64,000 nt of DNA from Chiloscyllium plagiosum (taxonomy: Eukaryota). Numbering within the stretch: position 1 is the stretch's first letter; the number at the start of each line of letters is the position of its first letter. The position numbers and the translations under genes were made by a program. Below, in pieces: positions 53,101-61,397 of the stretch. The notes under the pieces are model-generated. The model was given only the letters and a program-made list of their open reading frames with translations, did no database searches and was not told where the DNA came from. Location of the stretch: NCBI RefSeq assembly GCF_004010195.1, contig NC_057750.1, positions 11,122,390 through 11,186,389 on the forward strand, read 5' to 3'.

Positions 53101-55038
53101 TGAAGTTTTCCTTCTAATAAAGGTAGAAAGTTGCTCAAGGAGAGAGAGATCTGGATTGCCTATTAAGGTTACACTTTCAAACAAACTCAAAACAATGTTG
53201 ACCATGATTACATTTTTTTAAAAATTACAGCTCCCCAAATAAATAGATCAATGAACTAAACTGAGTCACAATCTAAATCCCTCTTCCACACTATACATCA
53301 TCGACCACTCTCCCTTCCCCAACACTCCCTCAGTCAGTGAATCTTTGATTTCTACACCTGAAAAGTCTGTGGATACACAGCAATTCAAAGTCATTAAGAC
53401 AAAGCACAGAAACAGACCCTGGGATCTAACTCATCGATGCCAACCAGATATCCAATTTAAGTCTAGACCCATTTTGCCAGCATTTGGCCAATATCCCTCT
53501 CAACCCTTCCTATTCATATACCCATCCAGATGCCTTTTAAATATTGTAATTGTACGAGCCTCCACCAATTCCTTTGGCAGTTCATTCCATACATGCACCA
53601 TCCTCTGCATGAAAAAGTTCACTATCCAAGGCAGATGCAGATAAGTTTTTGGATATTAAGGTTCGGAGATGCCGGTGTTGGACTGGGGTGTACAAAGTTA
53701 AAAATCACAACACCAGGTTATAGTCCAACAGGTTTAATTGGAAGCACACTAGCTTTCAGAGTGACGCTCCTTCATCAGGTGATTGTGGAGGGCTCGATCG
53801 TAACACAGAATTTATAGCAAAAATTTGCAGTGTGATGTAACTGAAATTATACATTGAAAGGCTTAACAGACAATCAATTCTTCATCGGTTAGAATACAGT
53901 GATAGTTTCACTTCTTTCATGTGTAAATCACAAAACCTTTTTTTAAAAAAAAAAGGATGTGAAAGAGTGTCGCTCCGAAAGCTAGTGTGCTTCCAATTAA
54001 ACCGGTTGGACTATAACCTGGTGTTGTGTGATTTTTAACTTTGGATATTAAGGGCAGAGTATAGAAAGGTAAAAACGTGGATCACACAGAAACTTGTCCA
54101 GTGGATGCACAGGCTTGAAAGGGCAAATCTTGCTCTTTTAAAAAAAAACATCTTCTACCAGCCACTGGCCAAACACCACATGCTCCCTCCATCTTCCTCT
54201 TACCCCAGCCCTGAAGCAAGTCTCTCGCCCCCCTTTTCTTTCACAACCCATACCTCGCCCCTTTAACTCCACCTCCCTTGTAGAGCCCTCTCCCTTCCCA
54301 CTGTCCCTAAACCATTCCCTGTCTCGTGCCCCACACTCTACGTTTTCTCCATCTCTTACACCAGGGAGAAAGTGAGGTCTGCAGATGCTGGAGATCAAAG
54401 TTGAAACTTTATTGCTGGAACAGCACAGCAGGTCAGGCAGCATCCAGGGAACAGGAGATTCGACGTTTCGGGCACAGGCCCTTCTTCAGGAATGAGCAGA
54501 GAGTGTTCAGCAGAAGATAAAAGGTAGGGAGGAGGGACTTGGAGGAGGGGCGTTGGAAATGTCACATTTCACCTATCACATTTCCAACGCCCCTCCTCCA
54601 AGTCCCTCCTCCCTACCTTTTATCTTCTCCTGCTGAACACTCTCTGCTCATTCCTGAAGAAGGGCCTGTGCCCGAAACGTCGAATCTCCTGTTCCCTGGA
54701 TGCTGCCTGACCTGCTGTGCTGTTCCAGCAATAAAGTTTCAACCATCTCTTACTCACCCTCCCTCAAACCCATTTATCCAGCATCCCTCGCACAACCTGA
54801 CCCTCTATCCTCCTAGAGGCTCTCAGCAACCCTCCTCCCTCGCACACTCGTGACCCTTCCAGCCCCACATCGTCACTGTCCTCGCCATCCCCTAGCCCAA
54901 CACCCTCTAGCATTCATCCTCACCGCTTTCCATGTCAGATCCTCAGGGCTCATTGAGGGTTTCTGTCCACAACCTCTTACCTCCGAGTGCAGACTGCAGC
55001 CAAGGGAGAAACAACACAACCATTGGAACCAGGAGCAT
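17143..55038 (-). CDS. prss16: Thymus-specific serine protease (peptidase S28 family), 12 coding exons, 498 aa (gene span)
   Basis: Manual splicing of 12 exons (58+164+100+130+124+78+48+270+142+180+146+57 = 1497 nt) gives one open frame ending in TAA. Motifs QPLDHF, GPVFLFIGGE, LEHRYYGKS, LSSQQALADLA, GGSYPG, ASSAPV, WYYQMCTEFGY, NGDIDPW and TAHC are diagnostic of S28 (PRSS16/PRCP/DPP7). GGSYPG, the GGE motif and the 12-exon layout favour PRSS16 over PRCP/DPP7 (GGSYGG). Confidence 0.9.
17350..17710 (+). repeat. Degenerate ~65-70 bp tandem repeat (CATCAAACACTCCCAGGACA...GGGTTAGA.ACAGAGTAAAGCT)
   Basis: About five diverged units in prss16 intron 11. Confidence 0.7.
18120..18265 (-). CDS. prss16: prss16 exon 11, contains catalytic Asp and His (GDIDPWH...GTAHC)
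   Basis: ctctgaag acceptor, CAG|GTGAGA donor, DPW and AHC motifs 25 residues apart. Confidence 0.94.
18586..19843 (+). mobile_element. CR1/HER1-like LINE 3' fragment in prss16 intron 10
   Basis: RT motifs with stops and frameshifts; near-identical to 11251-12745. Confidence 0.92.
20229..20524 (+). mobile_element. HE1-like V-SINE
   Basis: Same body and tail. Confidence 0.85.
22720..22984. mobile_element. Penelope-like fold-back element, family B (hammerhead core deleted)
   Basis: Same tail and arm sequence; TSD CATGCTCAAATAT (22707-22719 / 22985-22997). Confidence 0.78.
24001..24038 (-). ncRNA. Degenerate hammerhead motif (PLE family C)
   Basis: AGUU-CUGAAGA-A-GGGUC(ACUG)GACCU-GAAA-CA-UU-AACU; the stem III palindrome ACGU appears decayed to ACAU. 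Confidence 0.5.
24851..25030 (-). CDS. prss16: prss16 exon 10 (YQTCEDKGCP...TNSYYG...IIFVN)
   Basis: ctccag acceptor, G|GTAAGG donor, TN.YYG and FVNG motifs. Confidence 0.94.
26883..27024 (-). CDS. prss16: prss16 exon 9 (DYMDSIELQC...RQWYYQMCTEFGY)
   Basis: ttttcag acceptor, T|GTGAGT donor, RQW.YQ.CTEFG motif. Confidence 0.94.
27255..27585 (+). mobile_element. HE1-like V-SINE
   Basis: Box A/B head and body; further copies at about 25215-25530 and 29191-29460. Confidence 0.8.
27828..28097 (-). CDS. prss16: prss16 exon 8 (CRSAVASAFSQLD...VQYN...LCQIM...LMVLNK)
   Basis: (CT)n polypyrimidine tract with cggcag acceptor, AAG|GTGAGG donor, VQYN motif, phase 0-0. Confidence 0.92.
28556..29040 (-). 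mobile_element. Solo LTR-like repeat (TGTCATAAT...GGTCCATAACA family)
   Basis: TG...CA ends; related copies at about 29653-30887 (+, SINE-interrupted), 50976-51290 (-) and 59250-61884 (+, multiply interrupted). Confidence 0.55.
29486..29602 (+). mobile_element. Truncated family A PLE terminus
   Basis: Homologous to the 54660-54743 arm plus tail; TSD TGTGTG(T/C)ACTGA (29474-29485 / 29603-29614). Confidence 0.65.
29653..30887 (+). mobile_element. Solo LTR-like repeat of the same family, interrupted by nested SINEs
   Basis: Ends GGTCCATAGCA, the reverse complement of the 28556 terminus; SINEs inserted at 30056-30665. Confidence 0.5.
30116..30414 (+). mobile_element. Young HE1-like V-SINE nested in an antisense copy (30056-30665)
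   Basis: CpGs retained, (TAATG)n tail; the host copy reads through on both sides. Confidence 0.88.
31105..31152 (-). CDS. prss16: prss16 exon 7 (VVSHSLSNPVVGGSMK)
   Basis: ttttacag acceptor, AAG|GTAAAA donor, VV..SL....GGS..C pattern continuing into exon 8. Confidence 0.88.
31649..31964 (+). mobile_element. HE1-like V-SINE
   Basis: Full head, body and tail. Confidence 0.88.
32278..32355 (-). CDS. prss16: prss16 exon 6 (FPHLAFAAVASSAPVRAQLDFTGFNK)
   Basis: aatag acceptor, AAG|GTAAGA donor, ASSAPV motif, phase 0-0. Confidence 0.93.
32661..32982 (-). mobile_element. HE1-like V-SINE
   Basis: Reverse-strand head and body. Confidence 0.82.
33723..33846 (-). CDS. prss16: prss16 exon 5, contains catalytic Ser (GGSYPG)
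   Basis: LADLATFH...WVCFGGSYPGSLSAWFRLK; atag acceptor, AAG|GTAAGA donor; Ser codon at 33759-33761. Confidence 0.95.
34325..34616 (+). mobile_element. HE1-like V-SINE
   Basis: Full head, short internal deletion. Confidence 0.88.
35165..37760 (+). mobile_element. Old CR1-like LINE, degenerate ORF2 from APE endonuclease to 3' end
   Basis: YLNARSI.NKVNE APE start near 35175, YRPPSS, FQKAFDK, KFADD, 3' UTR. Confidence 0.8.
38682..38749 (+). repeat. (GAGACA)n hexanucleotide microsatellite, ~11 units
   Basis: Direct reading. Confidence 0.97.
38882..39011 (-). CDS. prss16: prss16 exon 4 (GEHVDLAQKY...LEHRYYGKS...LSSQQA)
   Basis: ctgcag acceptor, GC|GTAAGC donor, EHRYYG motif. Confidence 0.95.
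39600..41590 (+). mobile_element. Old CR1-like LINE relic interrupted by two SINEs
   Basis: Degenerate RT sequence (QHGFVKG, KFAD) and 3' UTR. Confidence 0.65.
40336..41093. mobile_element. Divergent pair of HE1-like V-SINEs (40336-40656 minus; 40813-41093 plus)
   Basis: Head and body sequence on opposite strands. Confidence 0.82.
41872..41971 (-). CDS. prss16: prss16 exon 3 (RYWVNANLWEPRLGPVFLFIGGEQVLLSSSVLA)
   Basis: cttcag acceptor, G|GTATTG donor, GPVFLFIGGE motif. Confidence 0.93.
42835..42998 (-). CDS. prss16: prss16 exon 2 (RNMWLIKQQV...QPLDHFNRRNNGTFKQ)
   Basis: ttttcag acceptor, CAG|GTGAGT donor, QPLDHF motif. Confidence 0.93.
43391..43725 (+). mobile_element. HE1-like V-SINE
   Basis: Full head, body and tail. 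Confidence 0.87.
46752..47315 (-). mobile_element. CR1-like LINE 3' end
   Basis: LSYRERLNRLELFSLERERLRG and 3' UTR. Confidence 0.85.
49212..49512 (-). mobile_element. Young HE1-like V-SINE
   Basis: CpG-rich, (CTAAT)n tail. Confidence 0.88.
51335..51992 (-). mobile_element. CR1-like LINE 3' end
   Basis: Homologous to the 3' part of 18586-19843. Confidence 0.85.
53662..54040. mobile_element. Penelope-like fold-back element, family B
   Basis: Same tail and arm sequence as 61398-61612; TSD TTGGATATTAAGG (53649-53661 / 54041-54053). Confidence 0.82.
53747..53781 (-). ncRNA. Hammerhead motif (PLE family B) with weakened stem II
   Basis: CAC-CUGAUGA-A-GGAGC(GUC)ACUCU-GAAAGCUA-GUG; core intact, stem II has a G-U pair and a C-A mismatch. 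Confidence 0.55.
54458..54493 (-). ncRNA. Minimal type I hammerhead ribozyme motif (PLE family A, inverted copy, sense to prss16)
   Basis: Exact reverse complement of 54650-54685. Confidence 0.8.
54650..54685 (+). ncRNA. Minimal type I hammerhead ribozyme motif (PLE family A)
   Basis: AUUC-CUGAAGA-A-GGGC(CUGU)GCCC-GAAA-CG-UC-GAAU: stem I AUUC/GAAU, stem II GGGC/GCCC, palindromic ACGU stem III, GUC cleavage triplet. Confidence 0.8.
54981..55038 (-). CDS. prss16: prss16 exon 1 (signal peptide MLLVPMVVLFLPWLQSALG)
   Basis: ATG at 55038, hydrophobic stretch ending S-A-L-G, donor G|GTAAGA, phase 1 matching exon 2; CpG-containing promoter-like sequence directly upstream. Confidence 0.8.
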
Positions 55039-55084
55039 CCTCAACCGAACTCAACTCAACTCCACTTCCACCACTCACTCTCCC

Positions 55085-55225
55085 AGTCTTTGAGAGCTCT
55101 GTTATCGGACGCAGCATCATATGATCCGCACCCCACCCGCCTACCCTCCCTTCCATTGGCTAGGCGGCCTGCCCGTTACAATACTTCTTGATTGTGATTG
55201 GTGCGTTGTTGCCAGGCGGATTATT
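55085..55225 (-). promoter_or_regulatory. Putative prss16 proximal promoter (GACGC, GC/CACCC box, two CCAAT boxes, RFX-like half site)
   Basis: GACGC 55108-55112, CCCCACCCGCC near 55131-55141, ATTGG 55155-55159 and 55197-55201, GTTGCCAGG 55208-55216; locally CpG-enriched unique sequence 50-190 bp upstream of the ATG. Confidence 0.6.
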
Positions 55226-55250
55226 CGTATGAAAATTCTTTCTACAGAAA

Positions 55251-56635
55251 ACTATAAATCAAACAACAAGGTTGTAGTCCAACAAGTTTATTTGGAAGCA
55301 CTAGCTTTCAGAGGGCTGCACCTTCATCAGGTGGGGCAGGGTCATAAGACCGAATTTATAGCAAAAGATCGCAGGGTCATGCAATTAAAATGATAGATCG
55401 AACAAAGCCAGATTGTTATGTCGTTCATCTTTTAGAATGTGTTGCAGATTTTAGTTCATTAATCTATAAATCCCAGAATTTCTTTAAGTCACATTCTCGA
55501 GATAACTTAAGGTTTTATTGAAAAAAAGTATATCTCAGCTCAGACAATGTATTAAAGATGTGAGGTTAGAGTCTGTCTGTTCCCCACCTTGAGTCAGACT
55601 GGTTCTATTTCCAAAGTAGGACTTTATAAAATGTTATATGGATTGACTGCCTGCAGATTGTGTGCTTTTTGAGCAAAAATAGAGATTGTCTTCAAATGCA
55701 AATTCACCCCATAGACTTATATGCATGTGCCCGCATGTGAGGGAGAGAGACATACACACATACACAAATATCAGACCTTGTCTGGTCTGTCACTTTTTTT
55801 AATGAAACCTTAAGTTATCTCGAGAATGTGACTCAAAAGAAGTTCTGGGATTTATATATTGTTGGGGAAATTAAACCTTTATGCCGAATCGTTTAAAACA
55901 AAATAGTCAGGAGATGAGGTCTTGAGCAACTAACTCGCTTTATCATGGCGATGGGGAACACATCATTCAGAGAATTCTGACGTTTTCCAATGAAATGCAG
56001 AATCTTCCAGGTTATATAGAAAATACAAGCTCACTGCACATTAATTATTTAACCTCGGGGCAGTCATAAAGTTCCCGTACATTTTCTGACCTACGTTTCT
56101 TAATGTCTACAAAATGTCATCTTATACTCCCAAGTTTAGGTAGGCTAGATTTACTGATAAGGGACAGAGAGAAACAATTCATCATTCTTTAAGACATAGC
56201 TAATGGCACTGAGGAAATGAGACATCCTGCACCTGCAAGGTCAGTCTGATCAGAGCAGAAGTATTCTCACACTACACTATCCAGGCTAGAAATCTTACTG
56301 CAAAATTGCTTTGTGACAAGATGCCTTCTATCTGTTTTTACTGTCAATCTTTTGATCAATTCTTCCTCATGCATTAATGAGCGGAAACCTGCAACCCATT
56401 CTAAAATATGAAAGACTTAACAGCAATCTAGGTTTGTTCAATCTCTCGTTTTAATTGCATGACACTGTGATATTTTGCTATAAATTCTGTGTCTTATGAT
56501 TCTTCCCCACTAGTTACCTGATAAAGGAGCAATGCACTGAAAGCTAGTGTTTCCAATAAACTGTTGGACTATAACCTGGTGTTGTGTGATTTTTAACTTT
56601 GTTCACCCCAGTCCAACACTGGCACCTTCACATCA
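55251..56635. mobile_element. Older, longer Penelope-like fold-back element, family B, interrupted by a solo LTR
   Basis: Diverged inverted arms with degenerate hammerhead cores near 55300-55333 and 56515-56550; TSD TTTCTACAGAAA (55239-55250 / 56636-56647). Confidence 0.75.
55860..56369 (-). mobile_element. Probable solo LTR (510 bp)
   Basis: TG...CA termini; cleanly interrupts the right arm of the family B PLE; TATATAA at 56012-56018 and a GATAAA polyA-like hexamer near 55939 in the expected order on the minus strand. Confidence 0.6.
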
Positions 56636-56684
56636 TTTCTACAGAAAGAAATGCATTTCGAAATAGTCCTTTTCACAGCCATAG

Positions 56685-57155
56685 GTTTACGAGGATGTTG
56701 CCTGGTATGGAAGGTGCTAGTTATGAAGAGAGGTTGAGTAGGGTAGGATTGTTTTCATTAGAAAAAAGAAGATTGAGGGGGGACCTGATTGAGGTTTACA
56801 AAATCGTTAAGGGTATAGACAGGGTAGATAGAGATAAGCTTTTAACCAGGGTGAAGGGTTCAATAACGAGAGGCTTCAAGGTGAGAGGTGAAAAGTTTAA
56901 GGGGGATACGCGTGGCAAGTACTTTACACAGAGGGTGGCAGGTCCCTGGAATGTGCCAGCAGAGGTAGTAGAGGCAGGCACGGTAGATTCACTTTAGATG
57001 CGTTTGGACAGATGCATGAGTAGGTGGGGAGCAGAGGGATACAGATGCTTAGGAATTGGGCGACACCTTTAGACAGTGGATTTGTATCAGCTCAGATTTG
57101 GAGGGCCGAAGGGCCTGTTCCTGGGCAGTAAATTTTCTTTATTCTTTGTTCTTTG
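56685..57155 (+). mobile_element. CR1-like LINE 3' end with (TTCTTTG)n tail
   Basis: FTRMLPGMEGASYEERLSRVGLFSLEKRRLRGDLIEVYK. Confidence 0.88.
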
Positions 57156-57575
57156 TATATACATCTGAACATGCCTTGCAGCCAATTAAATACCTTGGAT
57201 GTGCAGTCATTTGTTAGAAAGTAGAATTACACTGCAGCCAGTTTTCTGCACAGCAAGATCCCACAAATTAGCAACTTGGTAATAGCCAGATAAACTATGT
57301 CAGTTGAAGGATAAATAACAGGCAGAGCTGACTCACCCACTTTCCGTCAAATCTTTCCCATCCATCCAAATGACCTCATGAGATCATATCATTTATTAAC
57401 AGAAACAGGTTATTCAGCTCATCAAGCCTGCTCCACCAATCAATGGGATTGTAATGAATCAACAGGAAAGAAACATTATTTATTGTTAAGGTTCAAAATA
57501 GAGCCACTATTCATTGCATCAAAAGCTAGCCTCATCCCGCACAGACCATTATAGAGTCATAGTTTTAGAAGCATA

Positions 57576-57872
57576 GGGAGGCAATGGCCTAGTGGTGTTA
57601 CTGCTGGACTATTAATCTAGAGACCTAGATAATGTTACAGGGACCCAGGTTCAAATCCTGCCATGGCAAATGGTGGAATTTGAATTAATAAACATGTGGA
57701 ATTAAGACTCATCTAGTTCACTAATGTTCTTTAAGAAGGGAAACTACCATCCTTACCTGGCCTACATGTGACTCCAGACCAACAGCAATGTGATTGGTTC
57801 TTAACTGCACTCTGAGTAATTAGGGATGGGCAATAAATGCTGACCTAGCTGGTGACAACTTCATCCAGTGAA
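57576..57872 (+). mobile_element. Second tRNA-headed SINE family (core GGAAACTGCCATCCTTACCTGGTCTGGCCTACATGTGACTCCAG)
   Basis: Box A TGGCCTAGTGG and box B GGTTCAAATCC; related copies at about 23367-23710, 24420-24690, 62215-62585 and 20590-20745. Confidence 0.75.
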
Positions 57873-57894
57873 TATTATTCACCTCAAATTTATT

Positions 57895-58079
57895 TGAATT
57901 AAATTCCATCTGCCACTTCTCAGCCCATTGGCCCATCTGGTCCAGGTCCTGTTGTAAATCTGAGGTAACCCTCTTCGCTGTCTACTACACCTCCAATTTT
58001 GGTGTCATCTGCAAACTTACTAACTGTAACTCTTATGCTTGCATCCAAATCATTTATGTAAATGACAAAAAGTAGAGGG
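57895..58079 (-). mobile_element. Internal CR1/HER1-like fragment
   Basis: Near-identical to 2805-2985 (KFADDTK region). Confidence 0.85.
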
Positions 58080-59782
58080 TAATCCAATGTGAGATCACTT
58101 TGAATGTAGGTACCTGATACACATATTTACCATCTTGGCATTGTTTACATAATGAGAGAATTTTGTGTGTGTGTGTGTTCAGTCTCGTCTAATATACTAT
58201 TGACTATTGACTCAACAAAGTAATAGCTCCTTGCATATGAGATGTGTCATCTTGATTATAATTGTCTAAGACGGTCACGGTAACCACAAATTTGTAGAAA
58301 TGGATAAGCAAAGTGATATTTATATAGGCATTGTTTTTGATGGCGAAGAATATAATAGGGACCAATCCACATGGTTTTACAACATATACACCAAAATAAG
58401 GACATTCTCTGATGTATTACAGGTGGATGAGACATTCAGTTCCAGTTATCATTATTGGAATAGAGGAAGAGTAGGAATAGAACAGCAATATTCTAGACTA
58501 ACATTATGGGCTGAATGGCCTCTTTTGTGTTGTGCCACTCAATGATTCTATCAGGTCTTGTGTTGAGAAAACAGCTTTGTAACTATCAAAGACAGGTTTA
58601 TCATTAATGAGGAAAAGGCAGTTTCAATCTATTAGTAACTTCAAAGGTTAGTTGCTGTGAGCCTTCTACGGATAGCCTTAGGAAGGGCAGTCCTATAGAG
58701 TCAGGGCTCACCAGAGGTAACATTCCTGATTGACAGCTATATTTGAAACCTCTCAAATGAGGCAGGATCATTGATTGCCTGCAGTTCTCTTAATGACCAG
58801 AGCTCTCCTGTGCTGAGGTATATATTCCTATAATGTAAAACTTCACTGAGGAAGTCTATGGTAAACTTCCATTCTCTCAACACCAATTAACTTAGTTCTC
58901 TGGTTTTTCACTGTCTGTTAAAATAAATAGATCATCCCCATTTGCTCTATCTTGGACACACCTAATATTATATACCTCAACTAAGCGACTCATCTGTCTC
59001 TTAATTCTCAAGGAAAATAATTCCAACTATCCAATGTTCCCTCATAGCTAAAGTTTTCCAAACTTAGCAACATCCTCATAAATCTTCTGTGCATTCTCTC
59101 CAGTGCAATCACATCTTTCCTGCCTCCTGGTCATTAGAACTGTTGTGGTCAGTGTTGTATGTGGACCTTGCCTTTATGAGTGTTCACCTTTAAAGACTAT
59201 GCGCTGTTTGTTTGCAATGTTGCGAATCTGGCTGGCAGTTATTTGCAGTGGGTCTGCAAGCGGTGATGATGCTGCAGTTTTAAGAGGTGTGTTTTATCCT
59301 GGTTTCTTACAGTGGGAGATTGGTGGACAGGTAGTGAGAATACAAATAACTTGTGAGGTCTTGGAGTTCTTTGATAAGTTGGAACAATAGAAGCTGCCTG
59401 AGGGGGTGTGGTCAAGCTTTCACAGACCCAAGACTTTTAGTTAGCTTTTGGCAGTTGTTGCTGGTGTCTCAGCAGGGTTGGAAGGCAGTGAATCTCTCCT
59501 GGCTGCTGCACTGTCTCTCTTTGGGGAGCTGCTGCATGTATCTTTTTCTTGTTGATAGGATTGCATGCGAAACAATCTGTTTTTCTGAATTTGCCTTTTT
59601 GCCAAGTGTATGTTTATGGGATGTTACTACATTGGAACAGTAATAGCTACTGTATCTATTACTCTGTTAAGCTTTCCAATAGAGGTAACTTTCCAAGTTC
59701 ATCTTTCTTTTGTTGTATTTTAAGTATAGGTTGGAATAAATTATGTTTTGCTTAACATCAAGTAGTTTGGCCAATTGAGGTA

Positions 59783-59955
59783 CAGAGGAACCTCGATTAT
59801 CCAAAGGACATGGCCAGGAAGTATTTTGTTTGGTTAATCAAATTCCGGATTATTGAATGCCAGGTAACATAGTTTAGTTGAGCATAGGACCTTGCAATTT
59901 TGCCGGATAATCCGATATTTGGATAATTGAATGCCGGATAATCGAGGTTCCTCTG
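59783..59955. mobile_element. Tigger/pogo-like (Tc1/mariner superfamily) MITE
   Basis: Perfect 20-bp TIRs CAGAGGAACCTCGATTATCC (59783-59802 / 59936-59955), TA TSD on both sides, internal GGATAAT sub-repeats. Confidence 0.88.
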
Positions 59956-61063
59956 TACATCTGGAACACAGCACTTACATTTACCTCTGAAATAAGAAAA
60001 AGTTAGAGTGTAGGCTACTGTCGTGATTGGAGCCAGATGGACATCGTTGACTATGAACTCCTTGATTGGGGTTATTAACCTGGACCAATCAATATAAACA
60101 AGGGATACCCCCAAGATTTTCAGGGAAAGGTGGGCACCGCAGGGAGTGGAGTATATTATTTCCCCCTCCAAGTCTATTTTGATTTAACCTCTGCCCTCCC
60201 CTTCACTGTTTGATCATGCAGCAATGCCCTCTGAGAAGGGCACTGCTTGTCACTGGCCACGCTGATGTTTCCTTTCTTCCTGGTGGTGGAAATTGAATAA
60301 AGATTTGTCCATCTGTTGTCTTTCACTGTGCCACACACACACACACACACACACCATGGGTGCTGGGGAAAATATAAGCACTATTGAAGTTAGGCGGTAG
60401 TGAGGGGGGAAAAATATAACCAGGAGATATAGAAAAATATATATAAACAGGAGATTGAGGGGACTAACTCTGCGCTGACTGGTGCTACAGTCAGTGTAAA
60501 AAAATATAAACAGGGGATTTAGCACCACTTCAGTCCTGGGGACTTACTCTGAGCTGGCTAGTTACACTGCCAGCGTGCTGTTGTGAGGAGAATGGATTTC
60601 TGTGCTGGCTGAGTCGCAGCTAGTATATACTGCTGTCTGTTTGTTAGAACTCGCTCTGAAATGGCAGGCTAAACAGCCAATGGTACTGCTGGAGAGACCT
60701 GTGAGTTCCAGGATGACTTGGTGATATGGCCTGGCCTTGTGTTGTTGGTTTGTGGGTTGTGCCCTTGTGGGTAGGCCAGTCTTTTGGGTGTGGACTCTGC
60801 TTTTGGGTGTAGAATTTGTATTGTGTGAGGATTTTTGTAAACTGAATTACTATACATGGGTCTTGTAATTGATTGTATTTGGGAGGGTTGGTTGGTATAC
60901 AAGGCAGCTGAAGACTGGAAGGCTGATGACTGTCCTGCAGGAAAGCTAGCTAAGAATGGTGTGATCAGTATGTGGTGTGGACTGGTGTCAGGAGTTGATT
61001 GTGGTACCTGCGGACTACTGGGTATTTGGGGGAGTTGAGTTGTGTAATCAGTGCTTTTCTTTG

Positions 61064-61297
61064 TTGAATGCTGTTTTTGGTTATGTTTTGTAGACTGCTT
61101 CCTTTTGTGCCTGGGTGCAGGTGATGTGAAAGTGGTTGCAATTGTATTTCGTGGGCTTTTACCTCCCGTAAACCTTGCCCTTGAATGCTGTTTTTGGTTA
61201 TGTTTTGTAGACTGCTTCCTTTTGTGCCTGGGTGCAGGTGATGTGAAAGTGGTTGCAATTGTATATTGTGGGCTTTTACCTCCCGTAAACCTTGCCC
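61064..61297 (+). repeat. Tandem duplication, 2 x 117 bp
   Basis: 61064-61180 and 61181-61297 are near-identical. Confidence 0.95.
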
Positions 61298-61397
61298 TTA
61301 TGGGCTGAAATTGACTCTTTTCTCTTTTTTCTTGATTTCTGCCATTGTGGTACTTTTTTAAAAGGACAGCGACTTGGTGTGAAAACTGTTTTATGTA

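Larger units (their letters stand above)
54360..54743. mobile_element. Penelope-like fold-back element, family A (inverted pseudo-LTRs plus tail)
   Basis: Inverted arms 54400-54562 / 54578-54743, unpaired ~35-nt tail, flanking duplication CCATCTCTTAC (54349-54359 / 54743-54753), hammerhead in each arm. Confidence 0.8.

Noticed and set aside
55190..55220. MHC class II-type S-X-Y module
   Set aside because: The RFX-like half site and CCAAT are only ~6 bp apart and not in the canonical X-to-Y spacing or orientation; no X2 box
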